Shown piece by piece: positions 11,660-23,800 of a stretch of 64,000 nt of DNA. The DNA comes from Mustelus asterias (taxonomy: Eukaryota), in the NCBI RefSeq assembly GCF_964213995.1, contig NW_027590224.1, positions 558,001 to 622,000 of the forward strand, in the 5' to 3' direction. The number at the start of each line of letters is the position of its first letter. Within the stretch, counting starts at the first letter, position 1. Under the pieces are notes generated by a model, which made no database searches, was not told the DNA's origin, and saw nothing but the letters and a program-made list of their open reading frames with translations. Made by a program: the position numbers and the translations under genes.

Positions 11660-11844
11660 TGAACCCCTTTAATACAGGAAGCAGACTCTGGGTTTATCTG
11701 TCTGAACCCCTTTAATACAGGGACCAGACTCTGGGTTTATCTGTCTGAACCCCTTTAATACAGGGACCAGACTCTGGGTTTATCTGTCTGAACCCCTTTA
11801 ATACAGGAAGCAGACTCTGGGTTTATCTGTCTGAACCCCTTTAA

Positions 11845-13799
11845 TGTGGAGATGCCGGAGTTGGACTGGGGTAAACACAGTAAGAAGTTTAACAACACCA
11901 GGTTAAAGTCCAACAGGTTTATTTGGTAGCAAAAGCCACACAAGCTTTTGGAGCTCTAAGCCCCTTGTTCAGGTGAGTGGGAATTCTGTTCACAAACAGA
12001 GCATATAAAGACAGACTCAATTTACATGAATAATGGTTGGAATGCGAATACTTACAACTAATCAAGTCTTTAAGAAACAAAACACTGTGAGTGGAGAGAG
12101 CATCAAGACAGGCTAAAAAGATGTGTATTGTCTCCAGACAAGACAGCCAGTGAAACTCTGCAGGTCCACGCAACTGTGGGAGTGTCAGTGCTCAGCGCCA
12201 ACAACTGCCAGTTTCCAGATGCAATTTTACAACTCATCCGCTTCATCCTGGACCACAATATCTTCACCTTCAACAACCAGTTCTTCATCCAGACACACGG
12301 AACAGCCATGGGGACCAAATTCGCACCTCAATATGCCAACATCTTCATGCACAGGTTCGAACAAGACTTCTTCACCGCACGGGACCTTCAACCGATGCTA
12401 TACACTAGATACATCGATGACATTTTCTTCCTTTGGACTCATGGTGAACAATCACTGAAACAACTCTATGATGACATCAACAAGTTCCATCCCACCATCA
12501 GGCTCACCATAGACTACTCTCCGGAATCGGTTGCATTCTTGGACACACGCATCTCCATTAAGGACGGTCACCTCAGCACCTCACTGTACCGCAAGCCCAT
12601 GGATAACCTCACGATGTTCCACTTCTCCAGCTTCCACCCTAAACACGTTAAAGAAGCCATCCCCTACAGTCAAGCCCTCCGTATACACAGGATCTGCTCG
12701 GATGAGGAGGATCGCAACAGACACCTCCAGACACTGAAAGATGCCCTCATAAGAACAGGATATGGCGCTCGACTCATTGATCAACAGTTCCAACGCGCCA
12801 CAGCGAAAAACCGCACCGACCTCCTCAGAAGACAAACACGGGACACAGTGGACAGAGTACCCTTCATTGTCCAGTACTTCCCCGGAGCGGAGAAGCTACG
12901 GCATTTCCCCCGGAGCCTTCAACATGTCATTGATGAAGACGAACATCTCGCCAAGGCCATCCCCACACCCCCACTTCTTGCCTTCAAACAACCGCACAAC
13001 CTCAAACAGACCATTGTCCGCAGCAAACTACCCAGCCTTCAGGAGAACACTGACCATGACACCACACAACCCTGCCACAGCAACCTCTGCAAGACGTGCC
13101 GGATCATCGACACAGATGCCATCATCTCACGTGAGAACACCATCCACCAGGTACACGGTACATACTCTTGCAATTCGGCCAACGTTGTCTACCTGATACG
13201 CTGCAAGAAAGGATGTCCCGAGGCATGGTACATTGGGGAAACCATGCAGACGCTGCGACAACGGATGAATGAACACCGCTCGACAATCACCAGGCAAGAC
13301 TGTTCTCTTCCTGTTGGGGAGCACTTCAGCGGTCACGGGCATTCGGCCTCTGATATTCGGGTAAGCGTTCTCCAAGGTGGCCTTCGCGACACACGACAGC
13401 GCAGAGTCGCTGAGCAGAAACTGATAGCCAAGTTCCGCACACACGAGGACGGCCTCAACCGGGATATTGGGTTCATGTCACACTATTTGTAACTCCCACA
13501 GTTGCGTGGACCTGCAGAGTTTCACTGGCTGTCTTGTCTGGAGACAATACACATCTTTTTAGCCTGTCTTGATGCTCTCTCCACTCACATTGTTTTGTTT
13601 CTTAAAGACTTGATTAGTTGTAAGTATTCGCATTCCAACCATTATTCATGTAAATTGAGTCTGTCTTTATATGCTCTGTTTGTGAACAGAATTCCCACTC
13701 ACCTGGAGACGGGGCTTAGAACTCCGAAAGCTTGTGTGGCTTTTGCTACCAAATAAACCTGTTGGACTTTAACCTGGTGTTGTTAAACTTCTTACTGTG
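11845..13799 (+). mobile_element. 5'-truncated Penelope-like retroelement with inverted terminal arm (11845-12183)
   Basis: Inverted copy of the 3' end precedes an RT+GIY-YIG ORF; flanked on both sides by tgaacccctttaa. Confidence 0.95.
12128..13492 (+). CDS. Penelope-like RT + GIY-YIG endonuclease (5'-truncated; first ~19 codons come from the inverted arm)
   Basis: Motifs QTHGTAMGTKFAP, RYIDDIF, FLD, CHSNLCKTC, NVVYLIRC...WYIGET; no internal stops. Confidence 0.92.
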   Translation: MSPDKTASETLQVHATVGVSVLSANNCQFPDAILQLIRFILDHNIFTFNNQFFIQTHGTAMGTKFAPQYANIFMHRFEQDFFTARDLQPMLYTRYIDDIFFLWTHGEQSLKQLYDDINKFHPTIRLTIDYSPESVAFLDTRISIKDGHLSTSLYRKPMDNLTMFHFSSFHPKHVKEAIPYSQALRIHRICSDEEDRNRHLQTLKDALIRTGYGARLIDQQFQRATAKNRTDLLRRQTRDTVDRVPFIVQYFPGAEKLRHFPRSLQHVIDEDEHLAKAIPTPPLLAFKQPHNLKQTIVRSKLPSLQENTDHDTTQPCHSNLCKTCRIIDTDAIISRENTIHQVHGTYSCNSANVVYLIRCKKGCPEAWYIGETMQTLRQRMNEHRSTITRQDCSLPVGEHFSGHGHSASDIRVSVLQGGLRDTRQRRVAEQKLIAKFRTHEDGLNRDIGFMSHYL

Positions 13800-14649
13800 T
13801 GAACCCCTTTAATACAGGAACCAGACTCTGGGTTTATCTGTCTGAACCCCTTTAATACAGGAAGCAGACTCTGGGTTTATCTGTCTGAACCCCTTTAATA
13901 CAAGAACCAGACTCTGGGTTTATCTGTCTGAACCCCTTTAATACAGGAACCAGACTCTGGGTTTATCTGTCTGAACTCCTTTAATACAGGAAGCAGACTT
14001 TGGTTTATCTGTCTGAACCCCTTTAATACAGGAACCAGACTCTGGGTTTATCTGTCTGAACCCCTTTAATACAGGAACCAGACTCTGGGTTTATCTGTCT
14101 GAACCCCTTTAATACAGGAAGCAGACTCTGGGTTCATCTGTCTGAACTCCTTTAATACAGGGACCAGACTCTGGGTTTATCTGTCTGAACCCCTTTAATA
14201 CAGGAACCAGACTCTGGGTTTATCTGTCTGAACCCCTTTAATACAGGAAGCAGACTCTGGGTTTATCTGTCTGAACCCCTTTAATACAGGAACCAGACTC
14301 TGGGTTTATCTGTCTGAACCCCTTTAATACAGGAACCAGACTCTGGGTTTATCTGTCTGAACCCCTTTAATACAGGAACCAGACTCTGGGTTTATCTGTC
14401 TGAACCCCTTTAATACAGGAACCAGACTCTGGGTTTATCTGATGGTTTATTTTGAGCCATGTGGTGCTGCCAATCTTGAGCCAGTATCAGGGGTCTGATT
14501 CATTCCGGATCAGAGAACCAAACTGTGAACATTAATTTTCAAGCTGCCATTGAAGGGTTGATGATGAAACTAGTTTCCTGACCGCAGTGAACAGACAACT
14601 TCGGGTGTTGCTGGTGGAGTTCATTCATTCAAACTGCAGGAGTTTGCAG

Positions 14650-14857
14650 AAAGGGGCTGAGGGCGGAGTCTGGACTGTGCCATTGTGGGACAGGGGGGGA
14701 GTGAGGAATAATGTCCCAGCCTCTGTCAGGAAAAGCCGGGTTAAAAGCTGCTTTTCCCCTGAAGGGATTGGAGTGAAACAACAATCCGAGTGCCGGCTCC
14801 CGGGAAACTGTCCAGCCCACACCCGGGGAGAGGGAGCAGAGAGCGGGGATGGTCAGC
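14650..14857 (+). promoter_or_regulatory. Putative promoter and ATG-terminated first exon of IgV gene copy B (ATG 14849-14851)
   Basis: GC box GGGCGGAG, ATTGG, AGTGAAAC, TCCCGGGAA, then gggATG|gtcagc. The module recurs at ~54812 and ~58830, and the last copy lies 1.2 kb upstream of the paralogous leader exon, which lacks its own ATG. Confidence 0.6.
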
Positions 14858-17800
14858 ACCGCCTCTCTGTGTGAATGGGACCGCAGCAGGTCCCGCCCCA
14901 TTTCCTGCTCAGCGTGACAGTGAATGTGTTTGTGTCTCTCCTGTTCTCAGTGTGGAGTCTCCGAGCTGGTCCCTGTGTGCGGAATGGATGGAAATGAGCT
15001 GCAGGTACTGTCAGTGTCTCAGAGCCGGGGGGAAAGAGGGGGATCTGTGTGGGTCTCTTTCCCCTGTGAGGGTGGGGGTGATCAGTGTGGGGGTCTTTCC
15101 CCTGTGAGGGTGATCGGTGAGGGTGGGGGGGATCAGTGTGGGGGTCTTTCCCCTGTGAGGGTGGGGGGATCAGTGTGGGTGGGGAGGGTGAGATGAGTAT
15201 CTGTCTGTGTCTGGAAGACAACTCGGCTGAAATTGGGTTCAATGCAGAAATGTCCTGTTACACCTGTTGAGCAGCTGCCTGGTTTTATATCCTGTATTTG
15301 CTTTTTTTTATTTGCTTATCCATTATTTAACGACTTATTGGCCACCTGGCTGAGGCTGATTCAATTCCCTCCCACGATTTAATTGTTTTATTCTCTGTTA
15401 ATGTTGAACATGACTCTCCGTCTCATACTTCTCAATATTAAATTGTGATTATCAGCCATTTCCTGTTAAAACTTCCCAGCCCTTACAACCCCGCCCCCCC
15501 CCCCCCCCCCCCCCCGCCCCCGGCTCCCCATGTTGCTAAGTATTCTATGATTCCCCGCTTCCCTAACAGCACTGTAGGTGTACCTACACCACATAAAGTG
15601 CAGTGGTTCATGAAGGCAGCTCACCACCACTTTCTCAAGGGGCAATTAGAGAAGGGCAATAAATGCTGGTCTAGCCAGTGACACCCAGAAAGAGTTCGTT
15701 CAATTTGTCGGGTTTTGTGTTGCTGAGCTGTGGGTGGGAGGAGGGAACAAGACACGTGTAGATATTTTTTCCTGGAGTGGGAATTGAGACAGTTAAAGGA
15801 TGCAGTGTTTACTGTGAGGGTCCAGTGTGATCCCGGATCTCTGGGAGTTTCAGGTCCAGCCGGGAACAGCTCCTGAGAAACAGCGATTGTTGGAGGGGGA
15901 ACCGCACAGGTTCCAGTGGAGCTGTGATCAGCAGCTACTGACTGTTGTTAATGTAACACACACTCTGGTGATTGTTTGAGGCTAAACATTGAACAGAAAA
16001 GGAAAATATTGTGGATAATGGAAATCTAAAATAAAGCTAACACACAGCAGGTCAGGCAGAGAGGAAAAGTCAGTTAATATTGCGGTGCTGATCTTTCATT
16101 CAAACACATTTCTGTTCCTCAGTTTTATGTTGCGATTTCCAGGAACACCAGATTTCTCAAAGTGCTTCAGAGTCAATGAAATACTTTCTGAAATGGACTC
16201 TCTGCTACAAGAGACATGTCCGTCTTGGTTTTCGTGCTCAAGTCCGGGAATGGGACTGATTTCGGGATCCTTGCCGAGATGGAACCAGTTTAGAGAAAGA
16301 CAGGCAATAAAGAGCTGAATCCTGGTGAAGATCAAAGAAAGTTTCCCCCGGATCCTCCTCGTTCCCCCGGGCTCTGAGACACTGACAGTTCCAGCCATTC
16401 CCTTTGTTGCGATCCCAGTTGATGTTATACCTGATAGGAAGATCCCAGAATGGATCCAGGCTGGGAGAAACTTTCCTTCACCTCCATTCAGCTCCTTATC
16501 CGGGGGAATGGATGGAAAGGAGCTGCAGGGACGGTCAGGAGGGTACAGAATGCAGCAATGTTGGGACGAGGGAGAGTGGGGGAGAGGGTAAGGGTGGGGT
16601 GAGTAGGTGAGAGGGTGGGGGAGCTGGGGGGAATGGCGGTGGGAGCAATGGGAAATGGATGGAAAAGGAGCCATGATGGTTGGAGGGTGAGATCAGTATC
16701 TGTCTCTTGTCGCCTGTGCCAGGAGGGCGATTCTATTTACATTTTGTTCAAAGCAGAAACAAACCAGTTCAGCAAGCTGCCTGGTTTTTACATCCCGGAT
16801 ACCAACAGGTTCCTTCATTTGCATTTCAGTGAATAAGAACCAGGGCCATCTGGTTGCGGCAGTTCAGTTCCTTGCCCCGTCCTATCTTAATGGTGAATCT
16901 CGATAACAGATTCCGATTATCAGCCATTTACTGTTAAGAAACCCCAGCCTTAAAAATCCCCACGGCTCCCATGTTGCCAAGTATCTCCTGATTTCCAATT
17001 TCCTGAACAGCACAGTGTGTGTCGCGACACCTCATAACTGCAGCGGTTCAAGAAGGCGGCTCACCCACCACCTTCTCAAGGGGCAATTAGAGATGCTGGT
17101 CTAGAATCATAGAAACCCTACAGTGCAGAAGGAGGCCATTCGGCCCATCGAGTCTGCACCGACCACAATCCCACCCAGGCCCTACCCCCACATATTTTAC
17201 CCGCTAATCCCTCTAACCTACGCATCCCAGGACTCTAAGGGGCAATTTTTTTAACCTGGCCAATTAACCTAACTCGCACATCTTTGGACTGTGGGAGGAA
17301 ACCGGAGCACCCGGAGGAAACCCACGCAGACACGAGGAGAATGTGCAAACTCCACACAGACAGTGACCCGAGCCGGGAATCGAACCCGGGACCCTGGAGC
17401 TGTGAAGCAGCAGTGCTAACCACTGTGGCACCGTGCCGCTAACCAGTGACACCACATCCTGTAAATGAGTTAAAACATTTTGTTCGAGGTTTCCTTGTAT
17501 ATCACATTGCATAAAAGGGAAACCCTTTTTACCATAATAGCACTTCCTGACTTGCTAAGTTAACAGCCCCTCTACTTTTCTCCACAATATCCAGACTGTT
17601 CCAGTCTCGATCCAAGTGCACATTCCAGGGAAACTTCACTTCTGACCTGGAAGGAGAGGAAGTAGAGACCAGGAGAGTCAGTCAGTACTGACCCTCCCAC
17701 AGTGCAGCCCTCCCTCAGCACTGACCCTCCCACAGTGCAGCACTCCCTCAGTACTGACCCTCCCACAGTGCAGCCCTCCCTCAGCACTGACCCTCTGACA

Positions 17801-20800
17801 GTGCAGCACTCCCTCAGTACTGACCCTCTGACAGTGTGGCACTCCCTCTGGACTGACCCTCTGACAGTGCGGCACTCCCTCAGCACTGACCCTCTGACAG
17901 TGTGGCACTCCCTCTGGACTGACCCTCTGACAGTGCGGCACTCCCTCAGCACTGACCCTCTGACAGTGTGGCACTCCCTCTGGACTGACCCTCTGACAGT
18001 GTGGCACTCCCTCAGTACTGACCCTCTAACAGTGCGGCACTCCCTCAGCTCTGACCCTCTGACTGTGCGGCACTCCCTCAGTACTGACCCTCTGACAGTG
18101 CGGCACTCCCTCGGTACTGAGCCTCTGACAGTGCGGCACTCCCTCAGTACTGACGCTCGGACTGTGCGGCACTCCCTCAGCACTGACCCTCTGACAGTGC
18201 GGCATTCCCTCAGTACTGACCATCTGACAGTGTGGCACTCTCTCAGTACTGACCCTCTGACAGTGCAGCACACCCTCTGGCAGTGCGGTGCTCCCTCAGT
18301 ACAGACCCTCTAACAGTGCGGCACTCCCTCAGTACTGACCCTTTGACAGTGCATCACTCCCTCAGTACTGACTCTCTGACAGTGCGACACTTCCTCTGTA
18401 CTGACCCTCTGACAGTGCGGCACTCCCTCAGTACTGACTCTCTGACAGTGCATCATTCCCTCAGTACTGACCCTCTGACGGTGCAGCACTCCCTCTGGAC
18501 TGACCCTCTGACAGGGCGGCACTCCCTCAGTACTGACCCTCTGACAGTGTGGCACTCCCTCAGTACTGACCCTCCCACAGTGCAGCCCTCCCTCAGCACT
18601 GACCCTCTGACAGTGCAGCACTCCCTCAGTACTGACCCTCTGACAGTGCGGCACTCCCTCAGCACTGACCCTCTGACCGTGCGGCACTCCCTCAGTACTG
18701 ACCCTCTAACAGTGCGGCACTCCCTCAGCTCTGACCCTCTGACTGTGCGGCACTCCCTCAGTACTGACCCTCTGACAGTGCGGCACTCCCTCTGTACTGA
18801 GCCTCTGACAGTGCGGCACTCCCTCAGTACTGACCCTCTGACAGTGCAGCACTCCCTCAGTACTGACCCTCTGACAGTGCAGCACTCCCTCAGTACTGAC
18901 CCTCGGACTGTGCGGCACTCCCTCAGCACTGACCCTCTGACAGTGCGGCACTCCCTCAGTACTGACCCTCGGACTGTGCGGCACTCCCTCAGTACTGACC
19001 CCCTGGCAGTGTGGCACTCCCTCAGCACTGACCCTCTGACTGTGCGGCACTCCCTCAGTACTGACCCTCTGACAGTGCGGCACTCCCTCAGTACTGACCC
19101 TCTGACAGTGCGGCACTCCCTCAGCACTGACTCTCTGACAGTGGGGCACTCCCTCTGTACTGACCCTCTGACAGTGCGGCACTCCCTCATCCTGGCCCTC
19201 TGACAGTGCAGCACCCCCCCTGACAGTGCGGTGCTCCCGCAGGACAGACCCTCTGACAGTGCGGCTCTCCCTCAGTACTGACCCTCTGACAGTACGGGAC
19301 TCACTCAGGACTGACTCTCTGACAGTGCGGCACTCCCTCAGTACTGACCCTCTGACAGTGCGGCACTCCCTCAGTACTGACCCTGTGACAGTGCGGCACT
19401 CCCTCAGTACTGACCCTGTGACAGTGCGGCACTCCCTCAGTACTGACCCTCTGACAGCGCGGCACTCCCTCAGTACTGACCCCCTCACAATGCAGCACTC
19501 CCTCAGCTCTGACCCTCTGACAGTGCGGCACTCCCTGAGTACTGACCCTCCCACAGTGCGGCACCCCCTCAGTCCTGACCCTCTGACAGTGCAGCACACC
19601 CTCTGGCAGTGCGGTGCTCCCTCAGTACAGACCCTCTAACAGTGCGGCACTCCCTCAGTACTGACCCTTTGACAGTGCATCACTCCCTCAGTACTGACTC
19701 TCTGACAGTGCGACACTTCCTCTGTACTGACCCTCTGACAGTGCGGCACTCCCTCAGTACTGACTCTCTGACAGTGCATCATTCCCTCAGTACTGACCCT
19801 CTGACGGTGCAGCACTCCCTCTGGACTGACCCTCTGACAGGGCGGCACTCCCTCAGTACTGACCCTCTGACAGTGTGGCACTCCCTCAGTACTGACCCTC
19901 TGACAGTGCAGCACTCCCTCAGTACTGACTCTCTGACAGTGCGACACTCCCTCAGCACTGACCCTCTGACAGTGTGGCACTCCCTCTGGACTGACCCTCT
20001 GACAGTGTGGCACTCCCTCAGTACTGACCCTCTGACAGAGCGGCACTCCCTCAGCTCTGACCCTCTGACTGTGCGGCACTCCCTCAGTACTGACCCTCTG
20101 ACAGTGCGGCACTCCCTCTGTACTGAGCCTCTGACAGTGCGGCACTCCCTCTGTACTGAGCCTCTGACAGTGCGGCACTCCCTCAGTACTGACCCTCGGA
20201 CTGTGCGGCACTCCCTCAGCACTGACCCTCTGACAGTGCGGCATTCCCTCAGTACTGACCCTCTGACAGTGTGGCACTCTCTCAGTACTGACCCTCTGAC
20301 AGTGCGGCACTCCCTCAGCTCTGACCCTCTGACTGTGCGGCACTCCCTCAGTACTGACCCTCGGACTGTGCGGCACTTCCTCAGTACTGACCCTCGGACT
20401 GTGCGGCACTCCCTCAGTACTGACCCTCGGACTGTGCGGCACTCCCTCAGTACTGACCCTCTGACAGGGTGGCACTCCCTCTGTACTGAGCCTCTGACAG
20501 TGCGGCACTCCCTCAGTACTGAGCCTCTGACAGTGCGGCACTCCCTCAGTACTGACCCTCTGACAGTGCGGTGCTCCCTCAGTACTGACCCTCTGACAGT
20601 GCGGCACTCCCTCAGTACTGACCCTCTCACAGTGCAGCTCACCCTGAGTGCTGACCCTCTGACAGTGTGGCACTCCCTCTGGACTGACCCTCTGACAGTG
20701 CGGCACTCTCTCTGTACTGACACTCTGACAGTGCGGCACTCCCTCAGTACTGACCTTCTGACAGTGCAGCACTCCCTCAGTACTGACCCTCTGACAGTGC

Positions 20801-23800
20801 GGCGCTCCCTCAGTACTGACCCTCTGACAGTGCGGCACTCCCTCAGTACTGACCCTCTGACAGTGCGGCACTCCCTCAGTACTGACCCTCTGACAGTGCG
20901 GCACTCCCTCAGTGCTGAACCTCTGACAGTGCAGCGCTCACTCAGCACTGACCCTGCCACAGTGCAGCACTCACTCAGCACTGACCCTCTGACAGTGCAG
21001 CACTCCCTCTGACAGTGCGGTGCTCCCTAAGTACAGACCCTCTAACAGTGCGGCACTCCCTCTGTACTGACTCTCTGACAGTGCAGCACTCCCTCAGTAC
21101 TGACCCTCTGACAGTGCAGCACTCCCTCAGTACTGACCCTCTGACAGTGCGGCACTCCCTCAGCACTGACCCTCTGACAGTGCAGCATTCCCTCAGCATT
21201 GACCCTCTGACAGTGCGGCACTCCCTCAGTACTGACCCTCTGACAGTGCGGCACTCCCTCAGTACTGACCCTCTGACAGTGCGGCACTCCCTCAGTACTG
21301 AGCATCTGACAGTGCAGCACTCCCTCAGCACTGACCCTCTGACAGTGCAGCATTCCCTCAGTACTGACCCTCTGACAGTGCGGCACTCCCTCAGTACTGA
21401 CCCCCTGACAGTGCGGCACTCCCTCTGTACTGAACCTCTGACAGTGCGGTGCTCCCTCAGTACAGACTCTCTGACAGTGCGGCACTCTCTCAGCACTGAC
21501 CCTCTGACAGTGCGGCACTCCCTCAGTACTGACCCTCTCACAATGCAGCACTCCCTCAGTGCTGACCCTCTGTCAATGTAGCAATTCCTCAATACTGACC
21601 CTCTGACAGTGCAGCACTCCCTCAATATCAACCGTCTAGCAGTGCGGCACTCTCTCAGTTCTGACCCTCTGACAGTGCAGTACCCACTAAGTACTGGCCC
21701 TCTGACAGTGCGGCGCTGCCTCAGTACTGACCCTCTGACAATGCAGCACTCCCTCAATGCTGACCCTCTGACAGTGCAGCACTCCCTCAGCACTGACTCT
21801 CTGACAGTGGGGCACTCTCTCATCCTGGCCCTCTGACAGTGCAGCACCCCCCCTGACAGTGCGGTGCTCCCTCAGGACTGACCCTCTGACAGTGCGGCAC
21901 TCCCTCAGTACTGACCCTCTGACAGTGCAGCACTCCCTCAGCACTGACCCTCTGACAGTGCGGCACTCCCTCATCCTGGCCCTCTGACAGTGCAGCACCC
22001 CCCCTGACAGTGCGGTGCTCCCTCAGTACTGACCCTCTGACAGTGCGGCACTCACTCAGGACTGACCCTCTGACAGTGCGGCACTCACTCAGGACTGACT
22101 CTCTGACAGTGCGGCACTCCCTCAGTACTGACCCTGTGACAGTGCGGCACTCCCTCAGTACTGACCCTGTGACAGTGCGGCACTCCCTCAGCACTGACCC
22201 TCTGACAGTGCGGCACTCCCTCAGTAGTGACCCTCTGACAGTGCGGCACTCCCTCAGTACTGACCCTCTGACAGCGCGGCACTCCCTCAGTCCTGACCCT
22301 CTCACAATGCAGCACTCCCTCAGCTCTGACCCTCTGACAGTGCGGCACTCCCTGAGTACTGACCCTCCCACAGTGCATCATTCCCTCAGTACTGACCCTC
22401 TGACGGTGCAGCACTCCCTCTGGACTGACCCTCTGACAGTGCGGCACTCCCTCAGTACTGACCTTCTGACAGTGCAGCACTCCCTCAGTACTGACCCTCT
22501 GACAGTGCGGCATTCCCTCAGTACTGACTCTCTGACAGTGCGGCACTCCCTCAGTACTGACCTTCTGACAGTGCGGCACTCCCTCAGTACTGACCCTCTG
22601 ACAGTGCGGCACTCCCTCAGCACTGACCCTCTGACAGTGTTGCACTCCCTCTGGACTGACCCTCTGACAGTGCGGGACTCCCTCAGTACTGACCCTCTGA
22701 CAGTGCGGCACTCCCTCAGCACTGACCCTCTGACAGTGTGGCACTCCCTCTGGACTGACCCTCTGACAGTGCGGCACTCCCTCAGCACTGACCCTCTGAC
22801 AGTGTGGCACTCCCTCTGGACTGACCCTCTGACAGTGTGGCACTCCCTCAGTACTGACCCTCTGACAGTGCGGCACTCCCTCAGGTCTGACCCTCTGACA
22901 GTGCGGCACTCCCTCAGTACTGACCCTCTGACAGTGCGGCACTCACTCTGTACTGAGCCTCTGACAGTGCGGCACTCCCTCAGTACTGACCCTCGGACTG
23001 TGCGGCACTCCCTCAGCACTGACCCTCTGACAGTGCGGCACTCCCTCAGTACTGACCCTCTGACAGTGTGGCACTCCCTCAGTACTGACCCTCTGACAGT
23101 GCGGCACTCCCTCAGTACTGACCCTCTGACAGTGCGGCACTCCCTCAGTACTGACCCTCTGACAGTACGGCACTCACTCAGTACTGACCCTCTGACAGTG
23201 CGGCACTCACTCAGGACTGACTCTCTGACAGTGCGGCACTCCCTCAGTACTGACCCTGTGACAGTGCGGCACTCCCTCAGTACTGACCCTGTGACAGTGC
23301 GGCACTCCCTCAGCACTGACCCTCTGACAGTGCGGCACTCCCTCAGTACTGACCCTCTGACAGTGCGGCACTCCCTCAGTACTGACCCTCTGACAGCGCG
23401 GCACTCCCTCAGTCCTGACCCTCTCACAATGCAGCACTCCCTCAGCTCTGACCCTCTGACAGTGCGGCACTCCCTGAGTACTGACCCTCCCACAGTGCAT
23501 CATTCCCTCAGTACTGACCCTCTGACGGTGCAGCACTCCCTCTGGACTGACCCTCTGACAGTGCGGCACTCCCTCAGTACTGACCTTCTGACAGTGCAGC
23601 ACTCCCTCAGTACTGACCCTCTGACAGTGCGGCATTCCCTCAGTACTGACCCTCTCACAATGCAGCACTCCCTCAGCTCTGACCCTCTGACAGTGCGGCA
23701 CTCCCTGAGTACTGACCCTCCCACAGTGCATCATTCCCTCAGTACTGACCCTCTGACGGTGCAGCACTCCCTCAGTACTGACCCTCTGACAGTGCGGCAC

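Larger units (their letters stand above)
11044..14441 (+). repeat. 43-bp minisatellite (tgaacccctttaatacaggaaccagactctgggtttatctgtc), split by Penelope insertions
   Basis: Tandem units at ~11044-11227, ~11660-11844 and 13800-14441 (~15 units); single units at 50470 and 54595. Confidence 0.95.

Noticed and set aside
11044-14441. CRISPR-like appearance of the 43-bp and 33-bp arrays
   Set aside because: Units are directly tandem with no unique spacers, there are no cas genes, and the context is eukaryotic.
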